Below are positions 12,782 through 27,625 of a DNA stretch of 64,000 bases, one piece after another. The DNA is from Azolla caroliniana (lineage: Eukaryota; Plantae; Polypodiophyta). The stretch is taken from assembly GCA_043228905.1 (NCBI GenBank), contig JBHGNT010000003.1:3534001-3598000 (forward strand), in the 5' to 3' direction. How positions within the stretch are numbered: position 1 is the first letter of the stretch; every line of letters starts with the position of its first letter. A model generated the notes under the pieces. It saw only the letters and a list, made by a program, of their open reading frames with translations. It did no database searches and was not told the DNA's origin. The translations under genes and the position numbers were made by a program.

Positions 12782-15700
12782 CTTTGTAGATCACAAATCA
12801 CCCTATACAATTATGTGTGTGAAATGAAATAGATAAAGCCACTTAAGAACCAAAGAATATGCATTGGACAATGTGTTTTTAAGAGACTATATGCACCAAC
12901 GAGAATGCCAAACAACAATATATAGCACCATCCAAATGAAGTGGGTATCCCAACCAATGTTAAAATTTGGAATGCAACATACAATAGCACGGAAAATGTC
13001 TTTATAGCATTTCAATCTTCTTGGGATGACACATTTTTAACTTAGCATTCCATTCACATTCTAAAATATCTAGTAATGGTTTAGAAGCACAAATCTAAGG
13101 CATTTTTCATAAATCCACATAACATCATAGAAAATGCTCTCCATTGTTTTTCCATGGCTTGCTACAAATAGAAACAAATGTAACATTTACTCAAAAACCC
13201 ACAATATTGTATCCAAAGATGATGTCACAATCGCGAAAAGAAGTATTGACGTATAAACCCATAGAGAGATGACCATCTTCGGCTAGGTCATGACATATTT
13301 ATTGATGGACCTTATGTTGTTGTCAATGGTCCAATTCTTTTGTTCTTCAATTCCTTCCAACCTTCAAACCATTCTCTTTACAAAATCTCTTTAAATTCGG
13401 TCCCATTTGGTGTATTGATGGCTATAAACATCAATAGAGTTCAATTTCTATGCATGAAAGAGAGGGAACTTTCATGTGCAATAGGTGATAGCGGCAAAAC
13501 AAAGAACCAATATTTCACTATCCATGAAAACAATTACAACAATATTTCCAGGACTTGTGCATGATTTTATCTCGAAAGCAATATCTCGTCATCATAATAA
13601 AATATCACCATTCTCCTTTACATTTTCCTCAATTAATCAATGCACATGAATCCTTCTCAAAATGAATTCATAACATTCGAAACTATTCTCTTGTGAAGAC
13701 ATCTAAATTGTCCAAGTTGATGTCTCTATAGTTTGGAGAAAAGAACTTTATAGAAAACGATTACAAAATGCAATAATCAAGTCTCTTACATAGCTATAAC
13801 TTTAACATAAATGCATCATGTGAATATTTTCCATGTCATACATTTCATGCATATTCAGTTCATTACCTTTATACCTTTGATTTAAATGCAAGTTGTGTTG
13901 ATCTGCAATGCCTTCAATATCGGCAAACTCCACAAATCCATTCTCATTATGTACCTTCTCATGAAAACTTTGATATGAAATGCAAATGCCAAGTGGAAGT
14001 GTTCAATGGCTTATTTGAGGTGTTCTCCAACATGATTAATATTTGGACATGCCCTTCAAAGTTATTGCTCAAACATGTTAGTCTCTCCAGAGTCCAAACA
14101 CAATCAAAGAACAAAAGCTTCATCTTCTTTTGAGTCAATATTCATGCTAGCTGCTTTAATTATTTACATTCTCAACAACAAATTTCAATCACTAAATAAA
14201 ATCATTAATGTAGCTCTTTATTGAGAACTTAAGAGTTATCAACATCAAAGCATAAACAGTTTGGTATACAATGCATATATTGTTAATGTTCTATTTATTT
14301 CTAAATCATGAGAAAGTTTGTCTACATCATTTGGCTATTATCACCTTGTGTTTACTTCTGTGTAGAAGCTCCTACTTTCCATATGTCATTCTCATTAATG
14401 GCTACGGACCATGGCATTGTAAATCATAACTATTATGTAATCATGCTATATATTTTGTTTTGTTCAAGATGTGAATTTTACAAAGTTACTTGTATATGGT
14501 CGATGTCGTGCAAATCATGCATACATTGTCGAAATTGTCAAGACTCTCTTGACCAAGAGAATGTTGAAACAAGGAAATATGTGGATATATATGCAAGACT
14601 CGAATATGATTTCATAGATTGATAAGATAAAGTAGATTAGGCTATATTTGCTAAGACAAAGATAGGCGAATTGATGAAAAACAAGAGTTGATAATTGTAT
14701 TTAGAATTGCAAATTTGATAGTTGTAATCTAATGGTAGGATCGATATTAAACCCAATAGAAAAGAAGAAGTAGTGACTCTTCAAATCCCCCTTCCCGTTT
14801 ATTTATACTTCCCCCCTATGGTTTTAGTTAGCTCAAGTCCTTTTTCTTTTCTGCTATAGCTTCTCTTAGGTCTATTTTAACCCTAACTATTACAACTGAT
14901 GAACCTTACACTTGCCACGTAGCACTCTTAAAGCATGCACGTGCTTTTATTATGTGGTTCTTGTTCTAAGTGTGAGTAGATAATCAAATCCTTCCATTGA
15001 TACACACCTTATTTGGTCTTTACCTAGATAATTCCAAAGTTATGATGATGGGAATGATAAATCTTTTGTTCCTTGAGTGAAAAGTCACACAAAGGGTGGC
15101 AACAATTTACCAATATAATGATGATTGCAATTATGAGTCATGACATAACAACCAAATTGCGTTAGAAATTGGGCAATTATGAATTTTGTTCCTTGCCTCA
15201 ATAATGGTGTAGTAAAAGCATGTAACATCATCCTCGTTTTTAGGTAAGTTTACACCATAAGATATGAACAAACAAATGTTAGCACATCTTATAATGTGCT
15301 AGGGAAACACTACCCTCCCTAAATCCCATTAAAATTATCATTGAGCCCAACAAAATTTGTGTGACCACCATGGATGACACTGCAATGGAAATTTGCAAAC
15401 ACAAGTATTTCAATACTTGGAAATATTCAATTTGTTCCTACCAATGGTACATATATTTGGCCTACAACTTGAGTAAGTTACCACCTTACACCATTAGATA
15501 ACTCTTTCCATCATTTTGGTTACTATTACGAAAACATACTTTGAACCATTAGTTTATGGGAGGAAATAATTGTTTCGTTGTCCATTCCCTATCTCATTTT
15601 TGTATTGTCTAAAGAATAGATCTAATCATTACGCTTTCCCTTACTCTTAAACAACGACAAGACAAAACTTCTTGTATTTTCCTCATTTTATAATAGAGAT

Positions 15701-18700
15701 TTGAAGATGTAGTTAATGATTCTCTTTTTTTTGCTAAAATCTCCCACAAAGGCATGGAATTCACATGTAGGACATGCAAGTCATTTCCCTTCTCTCTTGA
15801 ACTTGATATTTTTTAAGAAACTTGTGTGCATTATATTTATGCTCAACAAAGGTTCTTCTCTTTCAATCCATCAAACCTATGGAGCCATTTTGTATTTCAC
15901 CCACAAAATTGATGTGGATGCTAAATTCTTATAGTTTGGACTTATTGTACCTACTTTGGCGTGTGAACTTTCACTTTTTATTTAATGAAAATGTATACTA
16001 GCTCAAACCTACTAAACTCCTAGGAAATAATCCCACGCTTGGTGTACATTTTTATCATTCATGATGTAAATTCATAGTAACTACTAGTGAAAAGTGAAAT
16101 ATGGTGTAATAAACTCAAAACCAAAAAACTCCTTAAAAGTTGCTATTATGTATTGGGATGGACATTACTAAAACCCTCAGGAGTTAATTTACGATATTAA
16201 CATTACAAATACATGTTAAGCTAAAAATTTAATATCAACTAATCAATAGAGTGGCATTGATAAGAGAACAAATTGATGACGATATCGTCATTTTTTTTTT
16301 TCCAAAAAAGAATATCCTTCCATTAGATAAGAAAACCAAGTTTGCTACAACATACAAAGTATGTGGAAAGAAAGCCAAGATACTTCCTAAAGCCCTCTTG
16401 TAAAATTCAATGGGCAACCATAGATCTTTCCCTAAAGAGGCTAAGGAGATGGATCTATATACATCCCAACTTACAATGGAGAACAACCAACAAAGGGGGG
16501 GAAACTACTAGATCATCTTACAATCTACTCATCGAAAAACTAGAATACAACTTCATTTATATCGTCATTAATACGTAATTCAAAGTGTCTACGCTCACTT
16601 TGATGGTGAATGCATTCCCAATTAGAAGTTGCGGTTTTGGGCTTACAATGGTAAAGAAGAAGAAGAAAAGATACCATTTTTAGGAAAGGTTAGATAATAT
16701 TGACAGTTTTTCTATTGGTTTTGTTATTTGTGACAAGCAATCATAAATGCAACATACATTAACCAGTTGAGTAAAAATAAAAGGGACCTCAATATGCAGT
16801 TTCGGAATATAAATGGTTGGTGTGAATTTATAGATGGGAAGCCCGAAAATTGGATCACACTTTCAAAGTTTTTACAAGATTGGGCTCAACCCTCTCTTTT
16901 TTCCAAGCATTTCTAAAAATGTTCTATGCTTGTAGTTTTATTGTAAAATTAAGTGCATAGCTTATAGAAACCTTGGTTATTATAAGAGCAAAAGGTTTAC
17001 AAAACCACTCAAAATTTGCCATTCCATGATGAGTAACCCGTATTTTTGCCCCTAAATTACATTTGACATGTATGTTCTCTTTGTATGGATATTTCACACA
17101 CTACTAATATCATAAACTTTAGTTTATGGGGCCTAAAAAGATTGAGAACATTGTGCATGATAATTGTAATGGCTCGAATTAGTTTGTTAATTTGTTGATA
17201 TCAAGGGGACAACCATCATCCTCAATTGAGATCTATCACTCTGATAATGTTATTTTGATAAACAACTAGATCTTAACAACAATTAAATTGACTCTATAAA
17301 GGTTTCCCATTATGGTATTTCCATTGCATTAATTTGTTTTTGTTCTCAACATGTGGCCCATCTTCAATGATATATATGTTGTTGGCTTTAAATAGATTTT
17401 TTCCAGTTGACATATGTAGGGATGTGGCGTTGATTTCAAAAACCATCATTATTATAATGTGTCAAAGAAGTTATTTCATTAAATGTGTGAAGAATGATGG
17501 GTACCTTCATTCACTTTATTAAAGGCGCAGTTGATTTATCAGCATCAATTGTGTCAAGGCTCAAGACAGTGAACGTGTTAGGAAATTAGAAAACGAGATC
17601 TCTACTTTGGTGGAACGTCATTGGATTTGTATGCATGAAAATTTGAGAGATGAAAACAATTACTTATTTGAATCAACATAAGTGATCTTAAGTATATATA
17701 TGCTACGTGTATTGTTACAATGAATTGGTGGGATGGATATCTTACCCATGTAATTCGTGTGAAAAATGTTGAACCTAAGTTTTTCTTTATTTCCCAAATT
17801 TCCAAGTTTCTCGTTCTTATTTAGAAATCATTGATCAACTACCAAAAGAGATATAAGGGGAGGATTTGACCATGTAATTTGTCGAATAGCACAAAGTTGG
17901 TTAAGGACATGGAACATATATAATTATATATCCATGACAAGATCGATTGGAGTTTCAATCTCCATGATTAACATTTCCTTTAGCATATATATTATTCATT
18001 TGATGTAAAATAAACCTTTAATTATATAACAAGGAGAGATTGACGAAAACTTAAAAGGTGGATGATTTTGTCAATATCATGAAAAAAGTGTATTGTGAAT
18101 ATCCATTCTTCTTCTATAGGCATCAATATCTTCATCTCCCATTGAGATTTAAGCTTTAAAAAGAGTTTTGTTTAATCATTGAATGATGAATCTCGTCAAG
18201 TTGGGATGGAATCATTTTCAAGTCATTTATCTTCGTGAGTAGCAAGGTTGGCTCTTTGCTCACATTATTATGACTCACATGAGCTACATTGAAACTGAGA
18301 AGTCATGATTAAACTTTAAAAAGTTATTGCCAACTATCCAACTTTTAGAATCAGAAGTTCGGATTAAACTATACAAAATTAACTCAAGATATTGCCACAA
18401 TATCCAACTCTGGTAGTGCTTTTGGCTTTTATGCATCTCAAAGAATATTTTTGAGGGCACAGTGTTATGCCCATTGATATCGAAACTCTTATAAAGCTTT
18501 GACTTCATGCAATGCGGCTTCTTGGAACAAATTAGGAACTCTCTTGTCAATTGTATTCCTTGACAACTATCCTCTGCACAAATATTGTATATTTGCTTGA
18601 ACCAAACATACATAGAGTGCTTATAACTTGTAATACTTGTGGAGCAATGTAGAGATTACACAAAAATCTAGTACATTGATTTGTAGTTTGTACAAGAAAA

Positions 18701-19977
18701 AGGAAATACATTGAATATAAACAAACAAATTGCATGAAAGTTGATGAAACAATGTCTGGTTGGCCTACTATTTCGTTTTTAATATAAGCAATTTAGTTGT
18801 TAGAAAGTTATAAGTACCACCAAGCTTGGTGAAGAGTCACACATCAAACTACATTTTTGGTAAATTCAAAGATCCACATTGCAATTGATGAACATAATGT
18901 AGTTGAGCATCTTTCACCATCAACACTTAGGGACCATGTAGTGGTCCACCCACCAATGGAGAAAAAACTCAAATATGGCAAGCCAAAATTTCAGCATTTG
19001 GGACTGACAATGTTTTCCTCACAATTCAACATCTTGCAAATATATAGTCTTAGCTAACTTATCCCCTTCTACGAGTGATTTGGAGCAAGGGAAGTAGAAA
19101 ATAATGCAATATGGTGGCAAATTTTAGGTTGCTTAAAACTTTCTACAATAATAGATCTTTTGGGGTCCAAATAGCTAGATGAGTTTGGAACTTTTGCGCA
19201 TGTAATAACACAAGTGTGGAAACAATAGTAGATAAACCTTCTTGCGCATACACGTTGTTAGGGTTTAACATGTTGTAATTCAAAGGTTTCAAAGGTCATG
19301 ATCTAAGGCTTAAGCAATGAAAGTAGAATGCAATATGGAAACCTGTATGAATTGCAAAGCTTGCAAAAGACCCCGAGCACCCATATTAATTTAAAGGTTT
19401 AGATGCTACTACTGAGGGTAAATACCAAATAATAGGAGAATGATAACCATGGTATGCCTTTCTTGTATGAGACTTCAATTATCTTAGTAGACATGCAACA
19501 AAACTCATTAAGCAAGGAACATCAAAAGGAAGAGGGTCAAGAAGACTTAACACGTTTTTCAATTGATATTCACTTTTGTGTTCTTTCATTTCACACTTGG
19601 CTAGAACCTAAAGCCTAAACCCGAACTCTTATCAATGCTTACATTTCGCAAAGACCTTCATCTACAACCCCAAAGTTTGAGCGCAAACTCAAGTTTGACA
19701 TTGATGACCTCATCCAACAACAAACACACAGTAGTATATTGATGCACCATAAAAAACCTTTCCATAATCACTCCACGATTTAACTTCATACAAAATCATC
19801 CACAAAGTGAAATATCTTCAAATCTGTTTTTGGATATCATTCAATTATTTATATTTTGAAGAACAAATTGTCAAGTATTTCACAAGTCATTGTACATCAC
19901 AATTTGACATCACAAAGTTGTAAAAAGCCACACATATAGCAACAGTCTAAATAAATGGATTTTACATCTAGCCTCAA

Positions 19978-20058
19978 CATGAGATGGCCGAGTTGGTCTA
20001 AGGCGCAAGATTAAGGTTCTGGTTTGAAATGGCATGGGGTCAAATCCCACTCTCATCA
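19978..20058 (+). pseudogene. trnL-AAG: tRNA-Leu(AAG)-derived gene, probably a pseudogene
   Basis: GAGATGGCCGAGTTGGTCTAAGGCGCaAGATTAAGGTTCTGGTttGAAAtGGCaTGGGgTCAAATCCCACTCTCA closely follows plant cytosolic tRNA-Leu(AAG). It has mismatches in the anticodon stem and variable arm, and GGGTC in place of GGTTC in the B box. Confidence 0.85.
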
Positions 20059-21953
20059 AACAAATTTGTTGAAAGCCAAGTGTGTCACACTAATCTCTTG
20101 AACGTCAATTGTGTCAACGCATAAGTTAATTCCTAATGAATTGACTATGTACTTGCCAAGTATAGATTATAGTTCTATAATAACTAATTTATTGTTATAA
20201 TCTTCATTTTTATTTTTGAACTTGAGCTAGAGCCTAAGTCTCTACTAATCTTCATCTCTTCTAAATTTCTAATCTTAATTCTATCCTTCTTTCAAAAGTA
20301 AACTTTCAACTTATATGTTTAGGTGAATAACTTGTGGGATATGACCCTCTAATGTCATTGAATATGTTTGTTTTCTTCTTTCTTGCATATTTTCCTAATA
20401 GTTAATATTAAGTGACTAAGAGTATTTAAGTAAGTCTACATTAATTCATGTTAATTTTTGTATTGCATTAAGACTTTGTTTTATTCATCAATATTCTCTA
20501 GTAGGCTTAGTTAGGAGTGGATTGACACCCACTCCTAGTCGTCGCACCCACAATAAAGCAAATGTTGTTTAGGCTTGTAGATGTTAGTTCTAGGTTAGTT
20601 AGGTGCTAATTAGAACAATGTGTCCTAAGTCCTAAAAACTTGCCCACACATTATCATATTAGACAAGGTAAACATTTAGCATTTTACAAGTTTCGCATTG
20701 TTGTGACACCATATGTTATCATTATGTGATAGTTGTACACAATAGCCACATCGAAAGCAAGTGTGATAGCCAAGTGGGTAGCATGCATAATGCTAAGTGG
20801 AGACTGTGCATCAAACCTATCACATGAAAACATCAACATCACCGTAAGTACTATACTAAGGGCAAGATGAGGATAAGGGGGATAAAATAAAATTACCTCT
20901 CGAACTTTAAGCCAAATGCTCATCCCAATGTGAAAAGGGACAACCTTTTTGTTAGTGAGCTATAAAAGCCACTTATGTGACTTTTTTAGTTCTTGATTCC
21001 TAGTTTTTATTCTCCCCTTGTAACCTAAGGTAGAGTATTCTCTCCCTTTCTGTTATATTTATGGCGGTAATAAAAGTTAAGTGCTAATTAGCCAAACTTT
21101 AATAACTCTTCCTTTTATATGTATAGTGGTGATTAATCTGATACATGTGGTTAATATCATTATATGTACTCCATTTTAATGATATTGGTATCTAACACTT
21201 TAGCTTTTTAGAGGGATTCGTTAATCTCTTTGTTCAGTCAAAGGTGAGTAAGAGTTCACTAGATTAGGGTAAGTGTAGTTAATGGTTTGAGAGATATTGA
21301 CAACCGGTCTTGCCATCGATAGGATAAACAAAGGTTGGATCAGGATGTATAGGTGAGACTCAAGGAATTCCAAGACCAAAGGCTCTATCAGGTCTTCCAA
21401 GAGACTTTTACAATAACACACTTCTACAACTATCATAGCATCTACATTCTATGCTAACAAAACCTAAAAAACTAAATCATAACTATGTTACCTACTTATG
21501 CATGTCGAGAAAGAACACCCGGTTGCTAAATATCATTCAACAAATATTACAATCATGTACAAAGCTTACATACTTACGTTTTTGGTAATAATGGGTGTAA
21601 ATATGGAGACAATGGTGGTTGTGGGCACCCTCATTCCCAACATATAATCATGGCATATGTTGGAACAATGTGGGTTCATAGGTAGCAACTCATTTGCCAA
21701 TGGGGCACAAAAATCATAAATAAACTCTATGGAAATGGCCTAGGGATCGGGTTGGGTTGGTTGTTTAGTTTAGACCATTGCCTTATTAGACCAATAAGCC
21801 CAGAGTTCAACTCTCGACCCCGCCATCTCCTTAAGGGAGGGATACAAAAGCACTTCAGAGATGATAATTAAAGAAATTATGAGGTTGATATGAATCGCTC
21901 TATGAGGATCAATGGCATATGGATTTGCCGTTCGCCAATCCGTTAATGGTAAC

Positions 21954-24252
21954 CTAGAGGATCCTCTTCTTTTCCTTCAGGTTTTTAGTAGACCATGTCA
22001 CAGGTAAAGCAAGGACAGGGTTCAACCTTTTCTCATGACTATCCAATGATATCTGGCAAGGAAACATGATATTTGAATACAATGAATGCATGGAATTAAA
22101 TTTAATTAGATTACTTAAACTAACATTAGTATAAAAAACCAAGTACCACAAGGATATCCTCATCTGTTCCAAAAGTCGTGCGAGCTTCATCGAGCGTTCG
22201 TGAAGATATCCTCACACATTCACTATATATATATATAGATGACATACAAAAAAAGGTTTAGAGTTTAGAGTACTTCTAAGTTGCTAGTTTGAAGGACTCC
22301 AAGGTATAAAAAATAAAGGAGATGGATATACCTAGAACTTGCTGGATCCTGAATTTCAAACTCCTCTGAGTCCATGTCATAGCCACATATAACCACATAA
22401 TGCCCTACAAAATACCAAAACATTATTAGGCATTAAGGATAAGAAAAAAAAAACCGTGTAACAACATCCATCAACGGTCAGATTTTGTAGTATAATAACG
22501 ACTGATAATATTAGGCCAAAAACACCAACATAACCCGTAACTTGTTGGGTATTTACAAAAATACCACCAAGTTTTCCAATTAAGCAGAATACCTATCAGC
22601 AGTATAAAATTACTGCTATATAGCAGCATTCTGGTTTTGTTTTTTAGCATAGGGGTATTCTAATAAATACCTCACAAATTGAGGGTACTTTGGTATTTTA
22701 CTCTATTCATCAGAACAATAATAATTACCAATATACCCTGTTGCCAGACCACAACAATTTGACAAGCACAGTTCCTCGAGCCAAGGGTAACTACATTTCA
22801 ATAAAAGTTTCTTTTCAAAAACTCTCTTGATCAACTGATGGAATCATCAAAGGCCATGCATCATATGATAATATGGTCTATCGTTTACCTAAGCTTTCTT
22901 TTGTCAACCAATGCAATTGCAAGGTGTCTTCCAGATAAAATGAGCATAGAAAGCTCATGTGAGCTTATTGATCTTCTCTGCATCAACAATAGAGGGATAA
23001 TGTAGAAATTTAAGAACAGGAAAAAATGTAGTTGTGCTCATACTCACACCATTATATATGGATACAAAGATGTTAAATTATCCAAACTTGATGAAATGCT
23101 CTCTATCAAAGTATCTTATATATGCAGAATATAATAAAAGTGAATTTTTTAATGAAAAATCATCATCCAAAAAGTTTTAATTCAAAAACTCTGTTTATTC
23201 TTATATATGCATATCCCAAACAAACAGCTCTAAGCGATATGACATCAAATTAGGCTTTGAAAAAAATCTTATTTATCCTGACTCATCTGGTTTAGATGAT
23301 CAAAGTCATCTTAAACATACAAACGTATGATGTGTATTGTCTATATTTTATATGGTATATTAGAGAGGGTGATTGGCCAAATTTTACAACCACGAGAATT
23401 CAATCAGCGTATTCTTTGCTTCAAGCAAATTATATTAAGCAAACCATCAAAATGTAGAGTTTAAAACATGTGGGAAATTATTTTTTTGCACATCTAAACA
23501 ACTACATTAATATTGAAATAATAATAGTAGCTTCAACATAGATATAGATAAAATTGAGATATTTCAAAATTACGAGCTACCTTGAATATCTCCAATGGGC
23601 ATCTTTAGGCATGATGGCAGGATAGAAAAAAAGAGAATTCCAGAAATTGGATCAAGTCAGCAAGAAAAATCAGGATATGCAGTAAATGCTAAAACTTAGT
23701 CTTATCCTGAAAGAAAGGCCTTTATAACAAGTTTTACACAGTTGTATTAACAACAGATTACAGAACTAAACAATTGAATTTCTTCTATGATTGTTGCCTT
23801 TTTTAATGGTTCCTGAGGCTAAATAACAAAATAATCCATGTTAAACTCCAGGCTTAGTTAGTAACCTTCACTAACATTCAAACAACAATGTGGAAAATTA
23901 GAGAACACAAAAATACCTCGAGCTGAATGCCAACTTCTGGAGCCTTCTCAAACAGCTTGTTAACACGTTCCCCATCTTCTTCCATGTTTTCCTAATTATG
24001 TCAAAGTGGTTAATGAACTATGCAATCACAAAGTAATGGCTATGGGATATTCAATAGATACCAAACAAATTAAAAAAGAGAGAGAATCAAAAGTTCCAAA
24101 TACATTGACAAAAACTTAAGGAAGTAATGCATGATAGTAATAAGTTAGAGCATTCCTGTATTTATAACATTATTTTTTCTGATAATATTGCTAAGATTAA
24201 AAAGTATCTAATTTTCATTTTCTGTCGGCTTTGAAACGCATCATCTCAACAG

Positions 24253-24289
<37 letters not shown>

Positions 24290-25793
24290 ATATAGCAACA
24301 GTCAGAAATGTTCCAAAGCTTCAACTTGATCTTTTTTATCACTTCATTTATACAGAAAATTAGGATTCTGGCATACCTTATAAAATGTTTCGTCAACAAA
24401 GTTTGGATTTGCTCCTATGGTAACTGTGAGAAATACTACATCCACATCAAAAAGGCGCAAGAGATGAGCCAAATCAACAGTCCAGATGCTGCAAGCATTC
24501 CAAATTAAAGTAAATATGTCCAGTCAATAAAGTCATGATTCATAAAAAGAACTTTATACACAAAATAGAAAAGGAGGTGGCAAATCAAATTTATCCATAT
24601 ATTCAAATTAACTTTGTTACATGATTTCTATGCATCTTCGAGCATATGAATTACAAAGGAATAATGGAATTTGTGTTCTTCCAATAATGGATAGTTCAAA
24701 TGCCAAAATATCCAAAGGAACTATGCTCAGTAATACCTATTCAATAAACAGCAAAAGGTTGTCAACCCCCTACTCAACCATAAGGTTCAATTTTTATTTG
24801 TTTTTTTTAGGCCAGTATGAGTTTTTAAGTTTCAGGTTCGTCAAAAATTGGTGTTTTTTAAACCATCTATGAAGCCCAGTAGCTCCAATTTACTAATCTA
24901 TCTGAGTTTAGTAATGAGGGATTTATATTATTTCATGTTCTAAGAATATCCGTTTGTTTTATAACGGTCTTCAATGGTAAGGTACACATTTCTTCTTCTT
25001 TAGTAAATGTTGATGACATATTTTATATCCAATATCTTGTACATGTGAGCATCGTCCATCTATACACTGTATTTATGCTGGAATAATATATAATACAATG
25101 TTAGCCATAGCAAATCCTTGAGACTTGTAAAACATAAATAAGAAATTCCGTTTTCAGTCTCTATGATCAAGTAAGTTATCATAATCAATTTTGATAGAAT
25201 CAAATGTTAGAATAAGGCAGCATTTTGATGTGCATTCAATGTATAAGACAGATAATCCATTAGGGTTTTGATTATTACCTAGATGTACAGCAAAGCTCGC
25301 CTAAAGATCGAATATCATGCCCTTCAATGCCGAGTGTCTTCAAGATCATCAAGACACAAGCTAATCCGCAGTCCCAACTGCAGAGCTGTTGAACATGAGG
25401 AACCTACGAGAACAAAAACAAAAACTGTCAGCAGAATACCAAATCCAAAGAGCATTGTGAGGCTCAAACACATATTTAATCACATGTAGCAGTTTGAGGG
25501 TTCGGTGTGAAGCTTGATGAATGAATGCCAAGTTTTATTACCTTCAGTTTCAAATTTCAGGCTTTTAAGTGAGCATATCATACACATATCTGCATGTATA
25601 CAAATACATATGTATCTGCATTCGCATCATAGTATAAAATACAAACCTTGACAAAGTGAGCTCGAGGAAGAGGGGAGGTAATGTCCATATTCAAGAGGCG
25701 AGCTTGTGGATGTGGTGATGCAGAGACCCACCCAGCATTCTCTGAGGAGGAAAGTCGTGAAGCACGAGATCGCTCTGTTACTCCCAAATCCAT
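21954..25793 (-). CDS. GUCD1: GC1/GUCD1-like protein (Guanylate_cyc_2 family), about 285 aa, 9 exons: 25793-25647, 25403-25279, 24488-24377, 23991-23917, 22977-22889, 22790-22729, 22404-22332, 22222-22147, 22052-21954
   Basis: GT-AG exons with consistent phases (858 nt) splice to ...VPHVQQLCSWDCGLACVLM...SIWTVDLAHLL...GANPNF...LSGRHLAIALVD...GHYVVICGYD...EFEIQDPASS...ARTTFGTDEDIL, collinear with Arabidopsis GC1 as I recall it. Mostly invisible in the ORF track. Confidence 0.92.
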
Positions 25794-26295
25794 GATCCCT
25801 AAACCCTAACCATAAATCTAACAATTTACCTTCCTTAACCTCTCAGTTCCACCGTTGTCTCTCAACCAACCCTACCCATTACCCTAATCTAATTCAACTC
25901 AACGTTCTTTCAAGAGAAATGCTTCTTCATCACGAATGCGGTCATCTTTCTTGTTGCTGTCGGAGCTTCATCAGCCCCATCACCCCTAACTTCTTCAGAA
26001 TTCCGCCAGAAAAGCACTGCTATTTCAACAAAGAATAAATTGTGGCCACACTCTTTCTCTTCTTCTTCTTCTTCTTCTTCTTCTTCTTCTTCTTCTTCTT
26101 CTAGTACTATTACTACTTTGTTCGTTCTCTGATTCTTCTTGATCTTGTTCCTTTGGACCCAATCTCCAACCCCAACCCTAATTTCAACAGAGCTCCACCA
26201 CCAGGAGAGCAATGCGTCTGTCTGTCTCTTGGTCAGCACAAGGATGAAGGAAAAGAGATGCAGGGGAGGGGGTAGAGAAAGAGAACAGGGGGGAC

Positions 26296-26510
26296 CCATG
26301 CCACGTGGACACCTTGGATTGGCCGGGCGGAAGGCATTCGGACGGCTCGTGGTGCGGTCCGGAGGACATGTCAAGGCAGCCGTCGGAATCGTAAAAAGAT
26401 GGTGGCCCTGCCACGTGGCCACTTTGGATTGGAGGGGCAGAAGGCATCCGGATGGCTCGTGATGCAGTCCCGAGGACATGTCATCGCAGCCGTTGGAATC
26501 GTAACAAGAC
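26296..26510. repeat. Two copies of an approximately 111-bp GC-rich repeat, each with a G-box (GCCACGTGG), upstream of GC1
   Basis: TGCCACGTGG...TTGGATTGG...GAAGGCAT..GGA.GGCTCGTG.TGC.GTCC.GAGGACATGTCA..GCAGCCGT.GGAATCGTAA occurs twice. Confidence 0.8.
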
Positions 26511-27185
26511 TATATGTCCATGTGATATGCACCCGAACACCCACCCAATAGACCCGATGCTCCGGCATTGCATGTTTTTGTGACCCAAAAGACTTTGTGT
26601 CCATATGCCTACAGATCTCACCCCGATGACCGATCAATCCCTTAGCAATACAATGAATGTGGGTTCAGTGGTGGTTTTCGTGACCCAAAAGATTGTTTCC
26701 ATGTGACTACAAATCTCATACGATGACCAGTCCCTTAGCGATCCAATGAATGTGGGATTCATCCATTGGTGGTTTTTGTGACCCCAAAAGACTATGTGTC
26801 CATGTGCCTACAGATCTCACACAATGACCAATCCCTTAGCAATACAAAGAATGTGGGATTCATTGGTGGTTTTTGTGACCCCAAGACCCTGTTGTGTCCA
26901 TGTGCCTGTAAATCTCACATGATTATGTGATCCCTTAACAATACAATAAACGTGGGTTTAGTGGTGGTTTTTGTGATCCGAAGACTTTGTGTCCATGTGC
27001 CTACAAATCTCCAACGATGACCAATTCCTTAGCAACACAATGAATGTGGATTTCATTTGTGGTTTTTGTGATCCCAAGACCCTCTCCTCTGTCCATGTGC
27101 CTACATATCTCATATGTTGACCATCCCTTGCCAATACAATGAACTTGGGTTCAGTGGTGGTTTTGTAACGACTCTGTGTCCATGT

Positions 27186-27487
27186 TGTCGAATATGGTCT
27201 TATAATGGATGTATTCACATTACCTTCTTGGACAAAGTAGTTTAGGTTATTCCTTTGTAAATAGCATAAAGGGCATTTGCCCTAGCTTGGTTAGTATATA
27301 ACCAACTTTGTATCCAGTTTGTTCTCTCATTCATTATTGCTAATATATAAATTGTCTTTGTGCATCTCTCTCTCTCTCTCTCTCTCAAGCTTCCATTCTA
27401 TTTGTTTTTCAACGCGCACAATGTGCACCATTGCTATAGACAATATCACCATCTTGAAAAAGGAACTCAAGGCGACTATTCCCAACA
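27186..27487. mobile_element. Solo LTR (302 bp) inserted in the 97-bp array
   Basis: TGTCG...CAACA termini; perfect 5-bp TSD CATGT (27181-27185 / 27488-27492). Confidence 0.75.
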
Positions 27488-27625
27488 CATGTGCCTACAG
27501 ATCTCACGACGATGACCAATCCCTTAGCAATACAATGAATGTGGGTTTCGTTGGTGGTTTTTGTGACCCCGAAACCTTGCGTCCATGTGTTTACCTATCT
27601 CACACGTTGACCAACCCTTACCAAT

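Noticed and set aside
11000-19900. Long AT-rich region with short ORFs, probably ancient TE debris
   Set aside because: I could not identify diagnostic motifs, termini or spliceable exons by eye; it needs RepeatMasker or tBLASTn.
21745-21830. Possible tRNA/SINE-like fragment (also a B-box-like GAGTTCGAATC on the minus strand near 28545)
   Set aside because: Only a partial B-box match; no convincing A box, cloverleaf or TSD.
25910-26637. Overlapping 87-189 aa ORFs, including a poly-E stretch
   Set aside because: They arise from (TTC)n and the GC-rich 111-bp duplication in the GC1 upstream region; no recognisable domain.
26572-27185. Regularly spaced repeats as a CRISPR array
   Set aside because: Whole units are homologous with no unique spacers, the context is eukaryotic, and there are no cas genes.
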